Shown: positions 11,130 through 23,625, counted from the whole stretch's first letter. The stretch: DNA of 63,761 nt, filler included, from Octopus bimaculoides (GCF_001194135.2; 6 parts of 5 records of this genome joined end to end with filler, not necessarily neighbours in it), one strand, 5' to 3'. A program made the numbers and translations. The notes: generated from the sequence alone by a model not told the origin.

Positions 11130-11400
11130 AATGAAGATAATATGATACAATATAAGATAAATGGACAGATAAATAACATTTACTATGGACTCCAGCAATT
11201 CCACTCAGACAGACAACTAGGTTTATATACAGTATATCTCAACTATCTACTAATGAGGAGCTATTCAAGAATAATGAGAAGTACTACAATAATGCCCAAA
11301 CTGAAGCTGGGTATAAGGATAAAATATACCATATCCTTAAAAAGGGAAATTAAAGAACATATGAATAAGGTTAATATTATGAACCAAATAGATAGAAGTA
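11130..11400 (+). mobile_element. Decayed Penelope-like element RT C-terminal fragment
   Basis: Frame reads TRFIYSISQLSTNEELFKNNEKYYNNAQTEAGYKDKIYH, resembling the PLE 'SRLSSNEEIF...Y..AL..AGY' region (from memory). Confidence 0.5.
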
Positions 11401-11609
11401 ATAAAAAGTGAACATAAAACAGAAAACCTTGACATGGACAATGGGATTTCCAGACATTGTGTTGAACATTACAAAAATACATACAGTTGCATAGTGGATA
11501 ATGATATGATTTTAAGTAAAATGAAGAAATAGATTTAAAAATCAAACAGTAGACATTAACTATAAATTAATTACAAAAAACAATCAAAAAGAAAATATTT
11601 TTGAGTTGC

Positions 11610-11810
11610 AAGGCAGCAAGCTGGCAGAAACATTAACACGCCAGGCAAAATGCTTAGAGGTTTTTCATGTTTTTATGTTCTGAGTTCAAATTTCGCTGAG
11701 GTCAACTTTGCCTTTCATCCTTTTGGGGTCGAAAAATTAAGTACCAGTTGCATACTGGGGGTGGGGGTGGGGGAATCTAATCAACTGGCCTCCTCTCCAA
11801 GAGTAGAAAA
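11610..11810 (+). mobile_element. tRNA-derived SINE, family B
   Basis: GGCAGCAAGCTGGCAGAAACATTAACACGCCAGGC...GAGTTCAAATTTCGC...CTTTGCCTTTCATCCTTTTGGGGTCGAAAAATTAAGTACCAG; many copies in the window. Confidence 0.88.
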
Positions 11811-12098
11811 GAATATTTTTGAGTTGCAACTCAGCATCCTTATATAAGACCCAACAAAGACATATTTTGAGGAGTGCCTGTGATCACTAAATCAACTCCA
11901 GTACTTAACCAGTATTTATTTTATCAACCCAAGAAGAATAAAAGGTAAGGTCAGCTCTGGCAGAATTTGAACACAGAAATTACAGGGGCATAATCAATAC
12001 CACAAAGCATTTACTCGGCACTCTACTAATTTTATCAATCCACCAGCTTAGTGTTTTTAATTATTAAAAATATCCATCAGTCTAATAGAAATACTTAC

Positions 12099-12283
12099 AG
12101 CATTATATTTGATGATCACAAAATCTATCTTCTGTTGCAAAGACGTCAAATGATGTTCCTCTTCCAGAGACTTTGTTAAAATAGAATCTACGTAAACAGC
12201 AATTTCTACTGTCAAATTTGTTAATCCTTCTGATCTTTTGAATATTTTCTTGTAAATCTCCTTGTTTTCTGGTGAGATAGGAT
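12099..12283 (-). CDS. Internal exon of a reprolysin/M12B (ADAM/ADAMTS-like) zinc metalloprotease: prodomain end and catalytic-domain start
   Basis: Acceptor CTGTCCTAG, donor GTAAGT, 185 nt open frame: (D)PISPENKEIYKKIFKRSEGLTNLTVEIAVYVDSILTKSLEEEHHLTSLQQKIDFVIIKYNA. A dibasic KR|S site is followed by the VE(I/L)AVYVD first-strand motif typical of M12B domains. Confidence 0.78.
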
Positions 12284-12399
12284 CTAGGACAGATTAAATC
12301 AAATTATTTTAGTTTTAGTTTTTTATTTTACTTGAAGCCAGCATGTTTTGTTGGATGTCAAATGTTAGTGTGCATGTACATCAAAATGTAAATGTTTTG

Positions 12400-12680
12400 A
12401 GAGAGAAATTGGGTATAAGAGGCATCAGGTGCAATGTGCAAGAGAGAAGATTGCATTGATATAGTCATGTGATGCATATGGATGAGGACAGCTGCATAAT
12501 GAAGTGCCAATTTCTATACGTGGAGGGAACCTGTGGAAGAGGGAAAAATCAGGAAGACATGAGATGAAGTGGCAAGAAATGATCTTCAGATGTTGAGCCA
12601 CACAGAGATGACAAAGAACTGAGACAACTGGTGATACACTGTGCTTGAGAAAACCTGCCCAGCAAAGTAAAATCCATGTC
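12400..12680 (+). mobile_element. RTE LINE ORF C-terminus, decayed
   Basis: Translation RLH*YSHVMHMDEDSCIMKCQFLYVEGTCGRGKIRKT*DEVARNDLQML matches the RTE 'RLRWFGHV...GRGRPRKTW' C-terminus. Confidence 0.8.
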
Positions 12681-13029
12681 CATGAACCCCTCTCCCACCC
12701 ACAACCCACCCATGCTCACCACTGATGTCTCTTCCCCCAATCCCCTCATTCTTGCTCATGTATGCACCTACCTGCACACCATATATCCCTGTTAAATCCC
12801 TTCCTCTTCTAGCTCTAGCACCCACTCTCCTTCAAAATCTTGTGAACTCACCCATCTACCCACCCTCTCCAATCCCTGGTCCACACCTCTATACACACCA
12901 ACTTGGGTATATGGCCCCTGCTCCCCTTTGTTACATTTTCACCATTTTCCACACACCCCTCTCTCTTTCTCAACTGAGAAAGCCATATCTTTCTTCTAAT
13001 GCAAGACACCTATCACTCAATACCATTCC

Positions 13030-13272
13030 CCCCAGTAGAGTGGTGTCTTGTCCTGCAAGTTTCTTGGTGACCTCACTGCCATTGATGCCAGGGAAAAAGT
13101 ACCCAGTACACTCTGTAAAGTGGTTGGCATTAGGAAGGGCATCTAGCCATAGAATCTGTGCCAAAACAGATAGCAGAGCTTGGTGATATCTTCTGATTTT
13201 TCTGTTCCTGTCAAACTGTTCAATCTATGCCAACATGGAAAATGGAAGTTAAATGATGATGATGATGATGAT
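13030..13272 (+). mobile_element. RTE LINE 3' tail
   Basis: GTGGTTGGCATTAGGAAGGGCATCTAGCC...CATGGAAAATGGAAGTTAAATGATGATGAT. Confidence 0.82.
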
Positions 13273-13843
13273 TTTTAACTATCTTTTAAATCTAATTAGA
13301 TAATATATTTAGCATTAGGTTATGGCATGACGAAGAATTTAAAGTATGGTGAAACAAAATCATTTTCAATACACTAGCTATTAGATACACACCAAGGTTT
13401 CAATTTAATGACATCTCTCACACCCAAATCATTCAGAAATTGTCATTAAGCTAGGATTGCTCTCATAATATAATGCAATATAGACTACACTATTATCTCC
13501 CTATCTTCAATCTTTTACTTGTTTCAGTCATTAGACTGCAACCATATTGGATTTTCAGTCGAATGTATCAACCCCAGGTCTTATTTTTTAAATGCCTGGA
13601 CTGAATCCGGAACCATGTGGTTGAGAAGCAAACTTCTTACCACCCAGCCACACATGTGCCTATCATATTTGTTATATATATATATATATATATATATACC
13701 TGAAATGGGTATACTCACTCTACTGACAGATGTATGAGTGTATCTTTTCCCTGATTTATGGTCTCTTAGATGACTTACACATGTATATATATATATATAT
13801 ATATATTGAAGTTGAAAGTTTTTTAACTGAGACAGCAGAAGCC

Positions 13844-14312
13844 TGTAGTGACGTCACATTGGCGCCAAAAGGCCAACGCCATTGCTGAATCCTTAACCAC
13901 GCATGCGTGGGTTTAAAGATCGAAGCATTCCCGCTATTAGACTGTCTTTTACCAAGCCAGACAGCGACCAAGCAAGACGTCTAAGCAAGCTCTTCCATTT
14001 GAGTGTGGTTGAACCAAGTTGTCTCTATAACGACACCAGCTCGAAGAACCGTACATCTACATTTCAGGCTACTCTAAAACCGGACAATTAGAAGCTGTTT
14101 TATTTTCCACCGAACAATAAATATTTGTTGTTGTTGATCAGTTTGGAGTTTCTGCGTTCAGTTCTCTTCCAATTTAATGTAGGAAAGTTAGGTGTATATC
14201 TAAAGATATATAACCCACTCTCCTAAAGTGGTGACCCCGACTAAGGAACGACTGCAGCCACGACAATCTGGACTGATCAGCATCATCATTGGTATGAGCA
14301 ACACGAGTTTCC
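13844..14312 (+). mobile_element. LTR retrotransposon 5' LTR (about 13844-14227) plus primer-binding site (14229-14241), truncated by a spacer
   Basis: Starts TGTAGTGACGTCA, has an internal AATAAA and is followed by TGGTGACCCCGAC, the 13-nt complement of the eukaryotic tRNA-Trp 3' end. The LTR lacks a clean CA terminus. Confidence 0.68.
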
Positions 14313-14412
14313 NNNNNNNNNNNNNNNNNNNNNNNNNNNNNNNNNNNNNNNNNNNNTTAATTAATTAANNNNNNNNNNNNNNNNNNNNNNNNNNNNNNNN
14401 NNNNNNNNNNNN
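14313..14412. other. Artificial assembly spacer
   Basis: 44 N + TTAATTAATTAA (14357-14368) + 44 N. Confidence 0.95.
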
Positions 14413-14424
14413 AACAACAACAAC

Positions 14425-14481
<57 letters not shown>

Positions 14482-14687
14482 TGTGGCACAAGGTCGGTAA
14501 TTTCTGAATCGAAGATAAGTTGATTAGATCGACCGAAGTATTCCACTAGTACATATTTTATCGGCAACGAAAGAAAGGATAGAAGGCAAATTCAACCTCG
14601 GTGGAATTAGAACAGGGAACGTAATAAATCGGAAAAAATGCAGCTAAGCATTTTTTCTGACGCGCTAACCATTCAGCCAGATAATGA

Positions 14688-14802
14688 GGAGAAGAAGAAG
14701 AAGAAGAAGAAGAAGAAGAAGAAGAAGAAGAAGAAGAAGAAGAAGAAGAAGAAGAAGAAGAAGAAGAAGAAGAAGAAAAAGAAGAAGAAGAAGAAGAAGA
14801 AG
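14688..14802. repeat. (AAG)n microsatellite
   Basis: Direct reading; source of the poly-Lys/Leu/Phe ORFs. Confidence 0.97.
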
Positions 14803-16189
14803 GCGATGGTAATGAAGGCGATGTTGGTAATGACGACGACGAAGACGAGGACATTGCTGACTAATAGGAGGAAGAACCAGGGGAAAGAAAAGGTAATGTG
14901 CCAATTCATACAAGAGAAGGTAATTTCCTTCTACTCAGCCTAGAGATATAACTAATCAGCTTTTTGTAATTAACAGGTAATAACCCAAAACAACATTCTT
15001 GCAGTAAACACGAAGTTTTAATAGTGAAATATGAATAAAAGCAACATAAATTTTTGATATATACTTATTTCATATATCTTGTTGCTTTTCTCTCAAAATA
15101 TATAATTATGCTTTCTAAAATCCTGGAGGAAAAGAATTCATGGATTTTTTCACAATTATTATTTGTTTCACATCTAATACTGGCTAAATATATGCTACGA
15201 TAGGCAGAAATATGAATCTATCGTCTCTCATGACTATATGCATATCATTAATCCACAGTTTTGGGAGTGTGACTTTTATCTTAAATATTGGTTTCAAATT
15301 TGGGTATAGAGCAAGCAATTTTTAAAGTGGGGGATTAAGACAATTACATCACTGCTTGATAAACGGTGTTTGTTTGTCTCCGTAACGTAGAACTTCGGCA
15401 AAGAGAAAGAGAGGATAAATAGGAGACATTAAAATGAGCAATTCCAGGAGCCAAATTAGTTGTATAAACTCCTCTATGTAGCGTTCTAGCCTGGCTACAA
15501 ACCAAGAAGCGGAACACATATAAAGTATAAAACTTCTATCTGACTTTACTGTAAGTTTGTAGATGTAGTTAAGTTTCCCATTGACAAGTTTGACGCCTTT
15601 GTGTTTCGTTGGTTGAACGCTTTCTGGGGCTGCAAGTCATTTCTTTCAAACCGTGTAATCCCACTGATCCTTGTATAAACAAATTTGAAACCTTTATAGA
15701 TACAACTAATAGCAGCCGTTTATTTGTGACCATTCTGTTTGGTAATTGGTATTAATGTTAAAAACATGAATTTTTACAATTAATTCATAATGTGAAAATA
15801 TTTGGCCTTTGACAATGCGCTGTCTATTCGTTAAAACTATGAAAGTTAATTTCAATTTAATGTTTACTGTTTATTCACGATATGTGACAGGAATCACAAT
15901 GAATTCAAATATTACTCTGAAGTAATATTTAAATGTATTTGAAGTAATATTTAAATATTAGATGAGGATGAGTTCATTTATGCTTTCAAGCAAGAAAAAT
16001 GTTTACAATATATTCACAAATTCATTACTTCATTAATTCCTTGAAATTATTACTGTGACTTGCGAGTGGATAATGATTAACAGACACAGAGTGCTGAACA
16101 GAATGACCACTCTCACTTTATAGGTTTCGTGTCTATGTGGAAAATGATAATAATAATAATAATAACAATAATAATAATAATGATAACAA

Positions 16190-16231
<42 letters not shown>

Positions 16232-16329
16232 TAATTGCTATCTTCTTGCCCTCAAAAATTCGTAGCCACGAACCAAAGTTAGAAACTATTACTACTGTTG
16301 GTGTTCAGGGACTGCTGGTGCTTCTGCCG

Positions 16330-16396
<67 letters not shown>

Positions 16397-17647
16397 CAGC
16401 AGTAGTAGGCGAGGTAGATGAGAGTAGGAGGTGGATCTGCAGTAGCAGCGGTATAGAGTTGATTTTTGCTTATATTTTTCGGTTTCTCGACAAACAAATT
16501 TCACTGCAAGATGTTTAATGAAATCAAAATACGGTAAAATATTTTTTGTTGCATGTTAAAGACCTTTAAAAAGAAAATCGATTGTTTAATTCCTGTGGCG
16601 TATTGACACAGGTTCGAGGAGGAAACCACATTTCATTGTGTTGTCATCTACCACCTTTGTTTGTTATAAAAATAATATATTTTCCTATTACAATGGCGAT
16701 GAATCTCAAGTAAAAAGAACTCATTTCGAGGAGTGAAATGAAAGGAGCAGCCATGTGTATGTAATTGGGGTTCGACGTTGCTGTTGTTTTTTTTGTGTGT
16801 GTGGAACAATGAAGGCAAGAACAATAAGAACAAGAACACATTAAGAGAGAAATGCGTAATAGAATAATAATAAACTGAGAAAATAACATGAGACGAGCAA
16901 CAAAGGGGACATGTTCAATAAAAGAAGGATAATGAAATCGACAGCAACAATAAGAGCATTTATATTGAAGTGGGAATTCGAGAACTAAAAAAAGGATTAA
17001 CCAACAAAAAAATAGAATGTTAACAGCAATATAGAAGAGAATGACCCATTAACCAAACTCTGCCACCCCAACACATCAATTAAAATTGTAGAGAATTTCT
17101 TAATAGACCAGAGAAATTAAGAAATGAAGCAGGTATATTTTTTTCCTTTCAGAATCGTGGATATCGATGTAGTGGTGTCGCATGGGAAAAGAAAGCAAGT
17201 ACTCATTCAGAGACAAATTTGATTACCACTGTGACTAGTTTAATACAAGGCAAGATACATGAAGTGGTTGATATATAATGAAAGATATCCAATATGATTT
17301 TTTTGTATACGACCGAGTGTATAGGTTCCTCTAGATGTGTAGTGATCCATATTTCTAGTATACTTTTGACAGTGCCTTTTAAGTGAGCGCAATTTTGGCT
17401 ATAAATATTCTGTAGATAAGCCATTACTTGCGTAACACCGAAATCACATTCAAGAATCAAATATATACGTATACCCAAAAATGTTATAAACGGATAGATG
17501 GTACTTGTTGTATGGTTCACTGTTTGCCAATCTATTACTGGGATATAAACAAACCAACATCGGTTGTCAAGCAGTGGCGGGAAACATATACAGAAACAAA
17601 GGCTCATATATGTGTGTGTATAATATATACGTTTATATATATGTATT

Positions 17648-17763
<116 letters not shown>

Positions 17764-17974
17764 GAGATGAGAGAGTTAGAGAGAGAGAGAGAGATACACG
17801 AGTGAGAAGACAAATAAAGGGCACTCCACACATTTATTAATGTATCCATCCATACATTTATGTATGGATCAAAACAGTTTGATGCAGAATCTTTGGAGCT
17901 ATGACGTTCAAGTATGTGGCTAGTCTTCGGCCATAGGGGTCTGAATGAGGTTTCTATTGAAGAGAGTCAATATT

Positions 17975-18150
17975 TATTACTCGGCTTTATCCTGCGATTG
18001 GTCGAGAGAGGTCACGTGATATCGCGTTTTGACGTCAGTATTTCAGCGACAACAACTACTGGTAAAGTACTGCATGGTGAACATGAAATCGACCGCGCGC
18101 TGCACCGGAAATCGATCGCGTGGTGGACAAGAAATCGGTCGTGTAGTTGG
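17975..18150. promoter_or_regulatory. CpG-rich promoter/enhancer-like motif cluster
   Basis: Reverse CCAAT 17997-18001, E-box GTCACGTGAT 18011-18020, CRE TGACGTCA 18030-18037 and ETS-like CCGGAA 18105-18110, with many CpGs in unique sequence. Confidence 0.45.
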
Positions 18151-18649
18151 AGTAATTAGGAAGGGGCGTAGATGTTAGAGTATATATATATGTGTGTGTG
18201 TGTGTGTGTACAAGAGTATGCCCATATATTTGCGTGTGTGCATCCGTACTTATACGACCGTCATTGTGCTTAGATGTACATTCACATATCTACGCGCATG
18301 CGCGCTCATACATACATTCACACACACACAAACGTACGCACACGCGCGCCCGAAGGCATGCATGCACACATAATGTCAAGGTAAACTACCCCCGCTTAGG
18401 CAACATGGCATCTAACATGGCACGTATCAACAGACGTAGAAACACACCCACACAACCCCCAACGTAAGACAAATGGAATGGAGCTAAGCCTAATTTTCCC
18501 AGAATGCTAACAAGTCTGCCAGATTCACGCTCTTATGTGCAAAGAATATTCCTTTCCACAATAAGCACAAGAACTCAAAAATTTGGGTCAAGTGACTCTC
18601 AGCCTTAAATAAACAACAAATATTGTCTTGTACTCTAGGCACAAGCCAG

Positions 18650-19060
18650 AAATTTTGGGGGAGGGAGCCAGTCGGTTAGATCGACACCAGTACGCAACTG
18701 GAACTTAATTTATCGACCCCGAAAGGATGAAAGGCAAACTCGAACTCGGCATAATTTGACCTCAGAACGTAAAGACAGACGAAATAGCGTTAAGCATTTT
18801 GCCCGGCGTACTAATGTTTCTTATTTCTTTATTGCCTACAAGGGGCTAAGCAATAGAGGGGATAAACAAGGACAGGCAAATGGACTAAGTCGATTATATC
18901 GACCCCAGGGGATAACTGGTACTTATTTAATCGACTCCGAAAGGATGAAAGGCAAAGTCAACCTCGGCCGAATTTGAACTCAGAACGTAGCGGCAGACGA
19001 AATACCGCTAAGCATTTCGTCCGGCGTGCTAACGTTTCTGCCAGCTCACCGCCTTATGAG
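18650..19060 (-). mobile_element. Two adjacent family B SINEs
   Basis: Two consecutive GGTACTTA(A)TTTA(A)TCGAC(C/T)CCGAAAGGATGAAAGGCAAA-type units; the second ends GCTAACGTTTCTGCCAGCTCACCGCC. Confidence 0.85.
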
Positions 19061-20284
19061 CAATAAATAATTAATATCAAATATTCCAACGAATGCTATG
19101 ATCGCTCTGAACACAATCGCACAGAAACATTCCTATATACATGCGTGTGCAAACACTAGGCAGACGCACACGCTTATATTATGTTTTATCCGTTACTTGT
19201 TCAGTCATACTTGTTCAGTCATTGAACTGCAGCTTGATGAGATTTGCTTGCTACTTCAAGCAGAGCCAACGACCACCCAGAGATTCCCTCACTGGTTCGT
19301 GTAACGTATCCTTAGTATCATTGATTCAAATGCAGCAGAGTTTGAAACGATGTGAATATTTTCAGACATTTTAATCGGTTGTTGAATCAGTGGTTTTCAC
19401 AGTAACAATTTCTGCAACCTTCACAAATATCTCCGACAGCAATAAAAGCAATTTACTAACCGACACGGGAACCTTTACTTAATCGTTTGACATGCAGGAG
19501 ATAGCTGCCAAATCTCCATCAAATCAACTGTATTTTTTTAGGAGAAAGATAGGAAAGATAAACTGCATAATGACATTCTATACATAATATCTGAATAAAA
19601 CACAGAGGTCACGCATGGAACGCCTTTGATCATAAGCCAACTGGAAGAGACGTGAAATGAGTCTAAACTGCAACAACAACCACAACAACGACATGCTATA
19701 TAAAACATCATATTTATTGCCATCAGCTGTATCAACTGCATAAATGTGAACATAAAAAGAGCGTATATGAGAAACAGCAACAGCAAACTGACTTTATTTC
19801 AGGGAAGCCAAACAAGCGGGTAGATATTTGAAGTTGGCCACCCGTGTAACGACTGAGACCCCAATGTTTACCTTTTAAGACTGATATTTATTTTTATCTG
19901 TCACTTCTATCTATGCTGAAGCGCTAAATAAACCAAGAGCGGTCGTCAAGCGGAGATGGGGGACAAAGTCATACTCAAAGACGCACACATGCACACACAT
20001 AGGTACGTATATATGTGAGCAAGCGCGACGGACTTCTTTCAGTTACCATCTAACGAATCCGCTCACAAAATTTGACTAACCAAGGATAATAATCGAAACA
20101 CTTGAGCAAGGTGCCACGCAGAGACACTGAACACCTTACCACACAACCACGCCTATAAGCAAATCGACTAGGTAATTTGAGAGGCAAACACTTTAATATA
20201 TCCATATAGTTGAACTGTTTCATAATTTACTCCCGGTTACAACATTATGTTGATGCTTAACCGCATACACACTACAGACACACA

Positions 20285-20328
<44 letters not shown>

Positions 20329-20428
20329 NNNNNNNNNNNNNNNNNNNNNNNNNNNNNNNNNNNNNNNNNNNNTTAATTAATTAANNNNNNNNNNNNNNNN
20401 NNNNNNNNNNNNNNNNNNNNNNNNNNNN
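20329..20428. other. Artificial assembly spacer
   Basis: 44 N + TTAATTAATTAA (20373-20384) + 44 N. Confidence 0.95.
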
Positions 20429-20472
<44 letters not shown>

Positions 20473-20579
20473 TGCTGGTTTTTGGAGCTTCGTGGATAAC
20501 AAATGGTTAAGAGATGATCTATGAACGATAAACGGTTGAAGGAGAGAAGAATTATGGTGTGGACATGAAACAGATGAAA

Positions 20580-20973
20580 CAGATACAGCTGAAGAGGATT
20601 GGTGATAAAGGAGGAGAGAGAGGTGACAGAGAGAGTAGGGAGAGTTGGAGAGAGAGAGAGAGGGGTAGAGAGAGAAAATGAGGGAGAGAGAGAGAGGGGT
20701 AAATATGTTAAAGGCTAAATGAAATGTGGATGCAGAGAATGGGTGATCGCCGAAGAGGGAGAGAGAGAGAGAGAGAAAGAGAGGAGGAGAGTATCAGAGA
20801 GAGAGAGAGATAAAGAGAGAGACTATTAGAGAGAGAGAGTATTAGAGAGAGAGAGAGAGTATTAGAGAGAGAGAGAGAGAGTATTAGAGAGAGAGAGAGA
20901 GTGAGAGAGAGTATTAGAGAGAGAGAGAGTATTAGAGAGAGAGAGAGTATTAGAGAGAGAGAGAGAGAGTATT

Positions 20974-21006
<33 letters not shown>

Positions 21007-21488
21007 GAGAAAGAGAGAGGGTATTAGAGAGAGAAAGTGTGTGTGTTAGAGAAGGAGAGAGGAAGAGAGAGAAAGTGAGAATTTAATAGAGAGTGAAAGA
21101 GGGAGAACGTGAGAGATGGACGGAGAGAGGGAATGATATATTGATGGAGAAGGGCAGATTTTAAGAGTTGTCAGACATGAATAGCGGGAGAGAGAGAGTG
21201 AGAAAGAGAATGATATATTGACGAAATAGCAAAAAGAGAGAGTAAAGACAGAGAGAAAGAGATGTTTGAAAAGCGAGAGAGAGAGAAAAAGAGAGAAAAG
21301 TTAATGGGTGAAGAAGAGATAAATGAAGATAAAGAAAGTGTTAAAGAGAGAGAAACAGAAAGGGAGTGAGTAAGTGAGTGAGAGAGATTGAGAAAGATTG
21401 AGGAAGAGAAAGCGAGAGGCTGAAATATTGATGGAGAGAGGGAGATGTTAAAAGAATTAAAGAAAGAGAGAAAAGTGAGAGATGGATG

Positions 21489-21582
<94 letters not shown>

Positions 21583-22222
21583 NNNNNNNNNNNNNNNNNN
21601 NNNNNNNNNNNNNNNNNNNNNNNNNNNNNNNNNNNNNNNNNNNNNNNNNNNNNNNNNNNNNNNNNNNNNNNNNNNNNNNNNNNNNNNNNNNNNNNNNNNN
21701 NNNNNNNNNNNNNNNNNNNNNNNNNNNNNNNNNNNNNNNNNNNNNNNNNNNNNNNNNNNNNNNNNNNNNNNNNNNNNNNNNNNNNNNNNNNNNNNNNNNN
21801 NNNNNNNNNNNNNNNNNNNNNNNNNNNNNNNNNNNNNNNNNNNNNNNNNNNNNNNNNNNNNNNNNNNNNNNNNNNNNNNNNNNNNNNNNNNNNNNNNNNN
21901 NNNNNNNNNNNNNNNNNNNNNNNNNNNNNNNNNNNNNNNNNNNNNNNNNNNNNNNNNNNNNNNNNNNNNNNNNNNNNNNNNNNNNNNNNNNNNNNNNNNN
22001 NNNNNNNNNNNNNNNNNNNNNNNNNNNNNNNNNNNNNNNNNNNNNNNNNNNNNNNNNNNNNNNNNNNNNNNNNNNNNNNNNNNNNNNNNNNNNNNNNNNN
22101 NNNNNNNNNNNNNNNNNNNNNNNNNNNNNNNNNNNNNNNNNNNNNNNNNNNNNNNNNNNNNNNNNNNNNNNNNNNNNNNNNNNNNNNNNNNNNNNNNNNN
22201 NNNNNNNNNNNNNNNNNNNNNN

Positions 22223-22299
<77 letters not shown>

Positions 22300-22340
22300 A
22301 AAAGAGAGAGAGAGCGAGAGAGAGAGAGAGAGAAAGTGAT
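20580..22340. repeat. Long polypurine (GA)n-rich tract, including a GAGAGAGAGTATTA minisatellite (about 20820-21030) and a gap
   Basis: Direct reading. Confidence 0.93.
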
Positions 22341-22369
22341 ATATTGATGGAGAGAAAGAAAGAAGTAAA

Positions 22370-22900
22370 GGATGATCACGATGATAAGGATCCCGAGAAC
22401 GATGATGATGATGGTGATGACAATGATGAAGGTGGTGGTGGTGGTGGTGGTGGCGTTAGTGGATTGTTCTTGTCGTTGTGGGGGTGATGATGGTGATGAT
22501 GATGATGATGAAAATGGTGGAGGTGGTGTTGGTAGTAGTAGTAGTGGTACTGATGAAGACGATGATGACCACGAGGAAGAGGATGACGATGACGCTGTTG
22601 TCGTTGGTGGCACTAGTGGCGGTCCTGAAGGTGCAGGTACTGATAATCATCATCATCGTCATCATCATCATCATCGTCATCATCGTCATCATCATCATAA
22701 TCTTCATCAGCATCATCATCGTTGGCGTTGTCGATGATTTTATCATCATCATCATTGTCATAGTCGTCGTCGTCATCATCATCATCATCATCGTCGTCGT
22801 CGTCGTCGTCGTCGACATCATCATCACCATCATGATAATCGCTGCCGTCATTGTCATTATCATCATCATCATCAAGATCATCACCATAACGATAAAACCG
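22370..22900. repeat. (GAT/GGT)n block followed by (CAT/CGT)n block
   Basis: Direct reading; the orientation switches near 22645. Confidence 0.9.
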
Positions 22901-23590
22901 AATTGGGGATTCTGGCAATGACGAATGCACGGTGACTATGACAAAAAGAAATATATAAATAAGCAAAAACATTANNNNNNNNNNNNNNNNNNNNNNNNNN
23001 NNNNNNNNNNNNNNNNNNNNNNNNNNNNNNNNNNNNNNNNNNNNNNNNNNNNNNNNNNNNNNNNNNNNNNNNNNNNNNNNNNNNNNNNNNNNNNNNNNNN
23101 NNNNNNNNNNNNNNNNNNNNNNNNNNNNNNNNNNNNNNNNNNNNNNNNNNNNNNNNNNNNNNNNNNNNNNNNNNNNNNNNNNNNNNNNNNNNNNNNNNNN
23201 NNNNNNNNNNNNNNNNNNNNNNNNNNNNNNNNNNNNNNNNNNNNNNNNNNNNNNNNNNNNNNNNNNNNNNNNNNNNNNNNNNNNNNNNNNNNNNNNNNNN
23301 NNNNNNNNNNNNNNNNNNNNNNNNNNNNNNNNNNNNNNNNNNNNNNNNNNNNNNNNNNNNNNNNNNNNNNNNNNNNNNNNNNNNNNNNNNNNNNNNNNNN
23401 NNNNNNNNNNNNNNNNNNNNNNNNNNNNNNNNNNNNNNNNNNNNNNNNNNNNNNNNNNNNNNNNNNNNNNNNNNNNNNNNNNNNNNNNNNNNNNNNNNNN
23501 NNNNNNNNNNNNNNNNNNNNNNNNNNNNNNNNNNNNNNNNNNNNNNNNNNNNNNNNNNNNNNNNNNNNNNNNNNNNNNNNNNNNNNNNNN

Positions 23591-23625
<35 letters not shown>

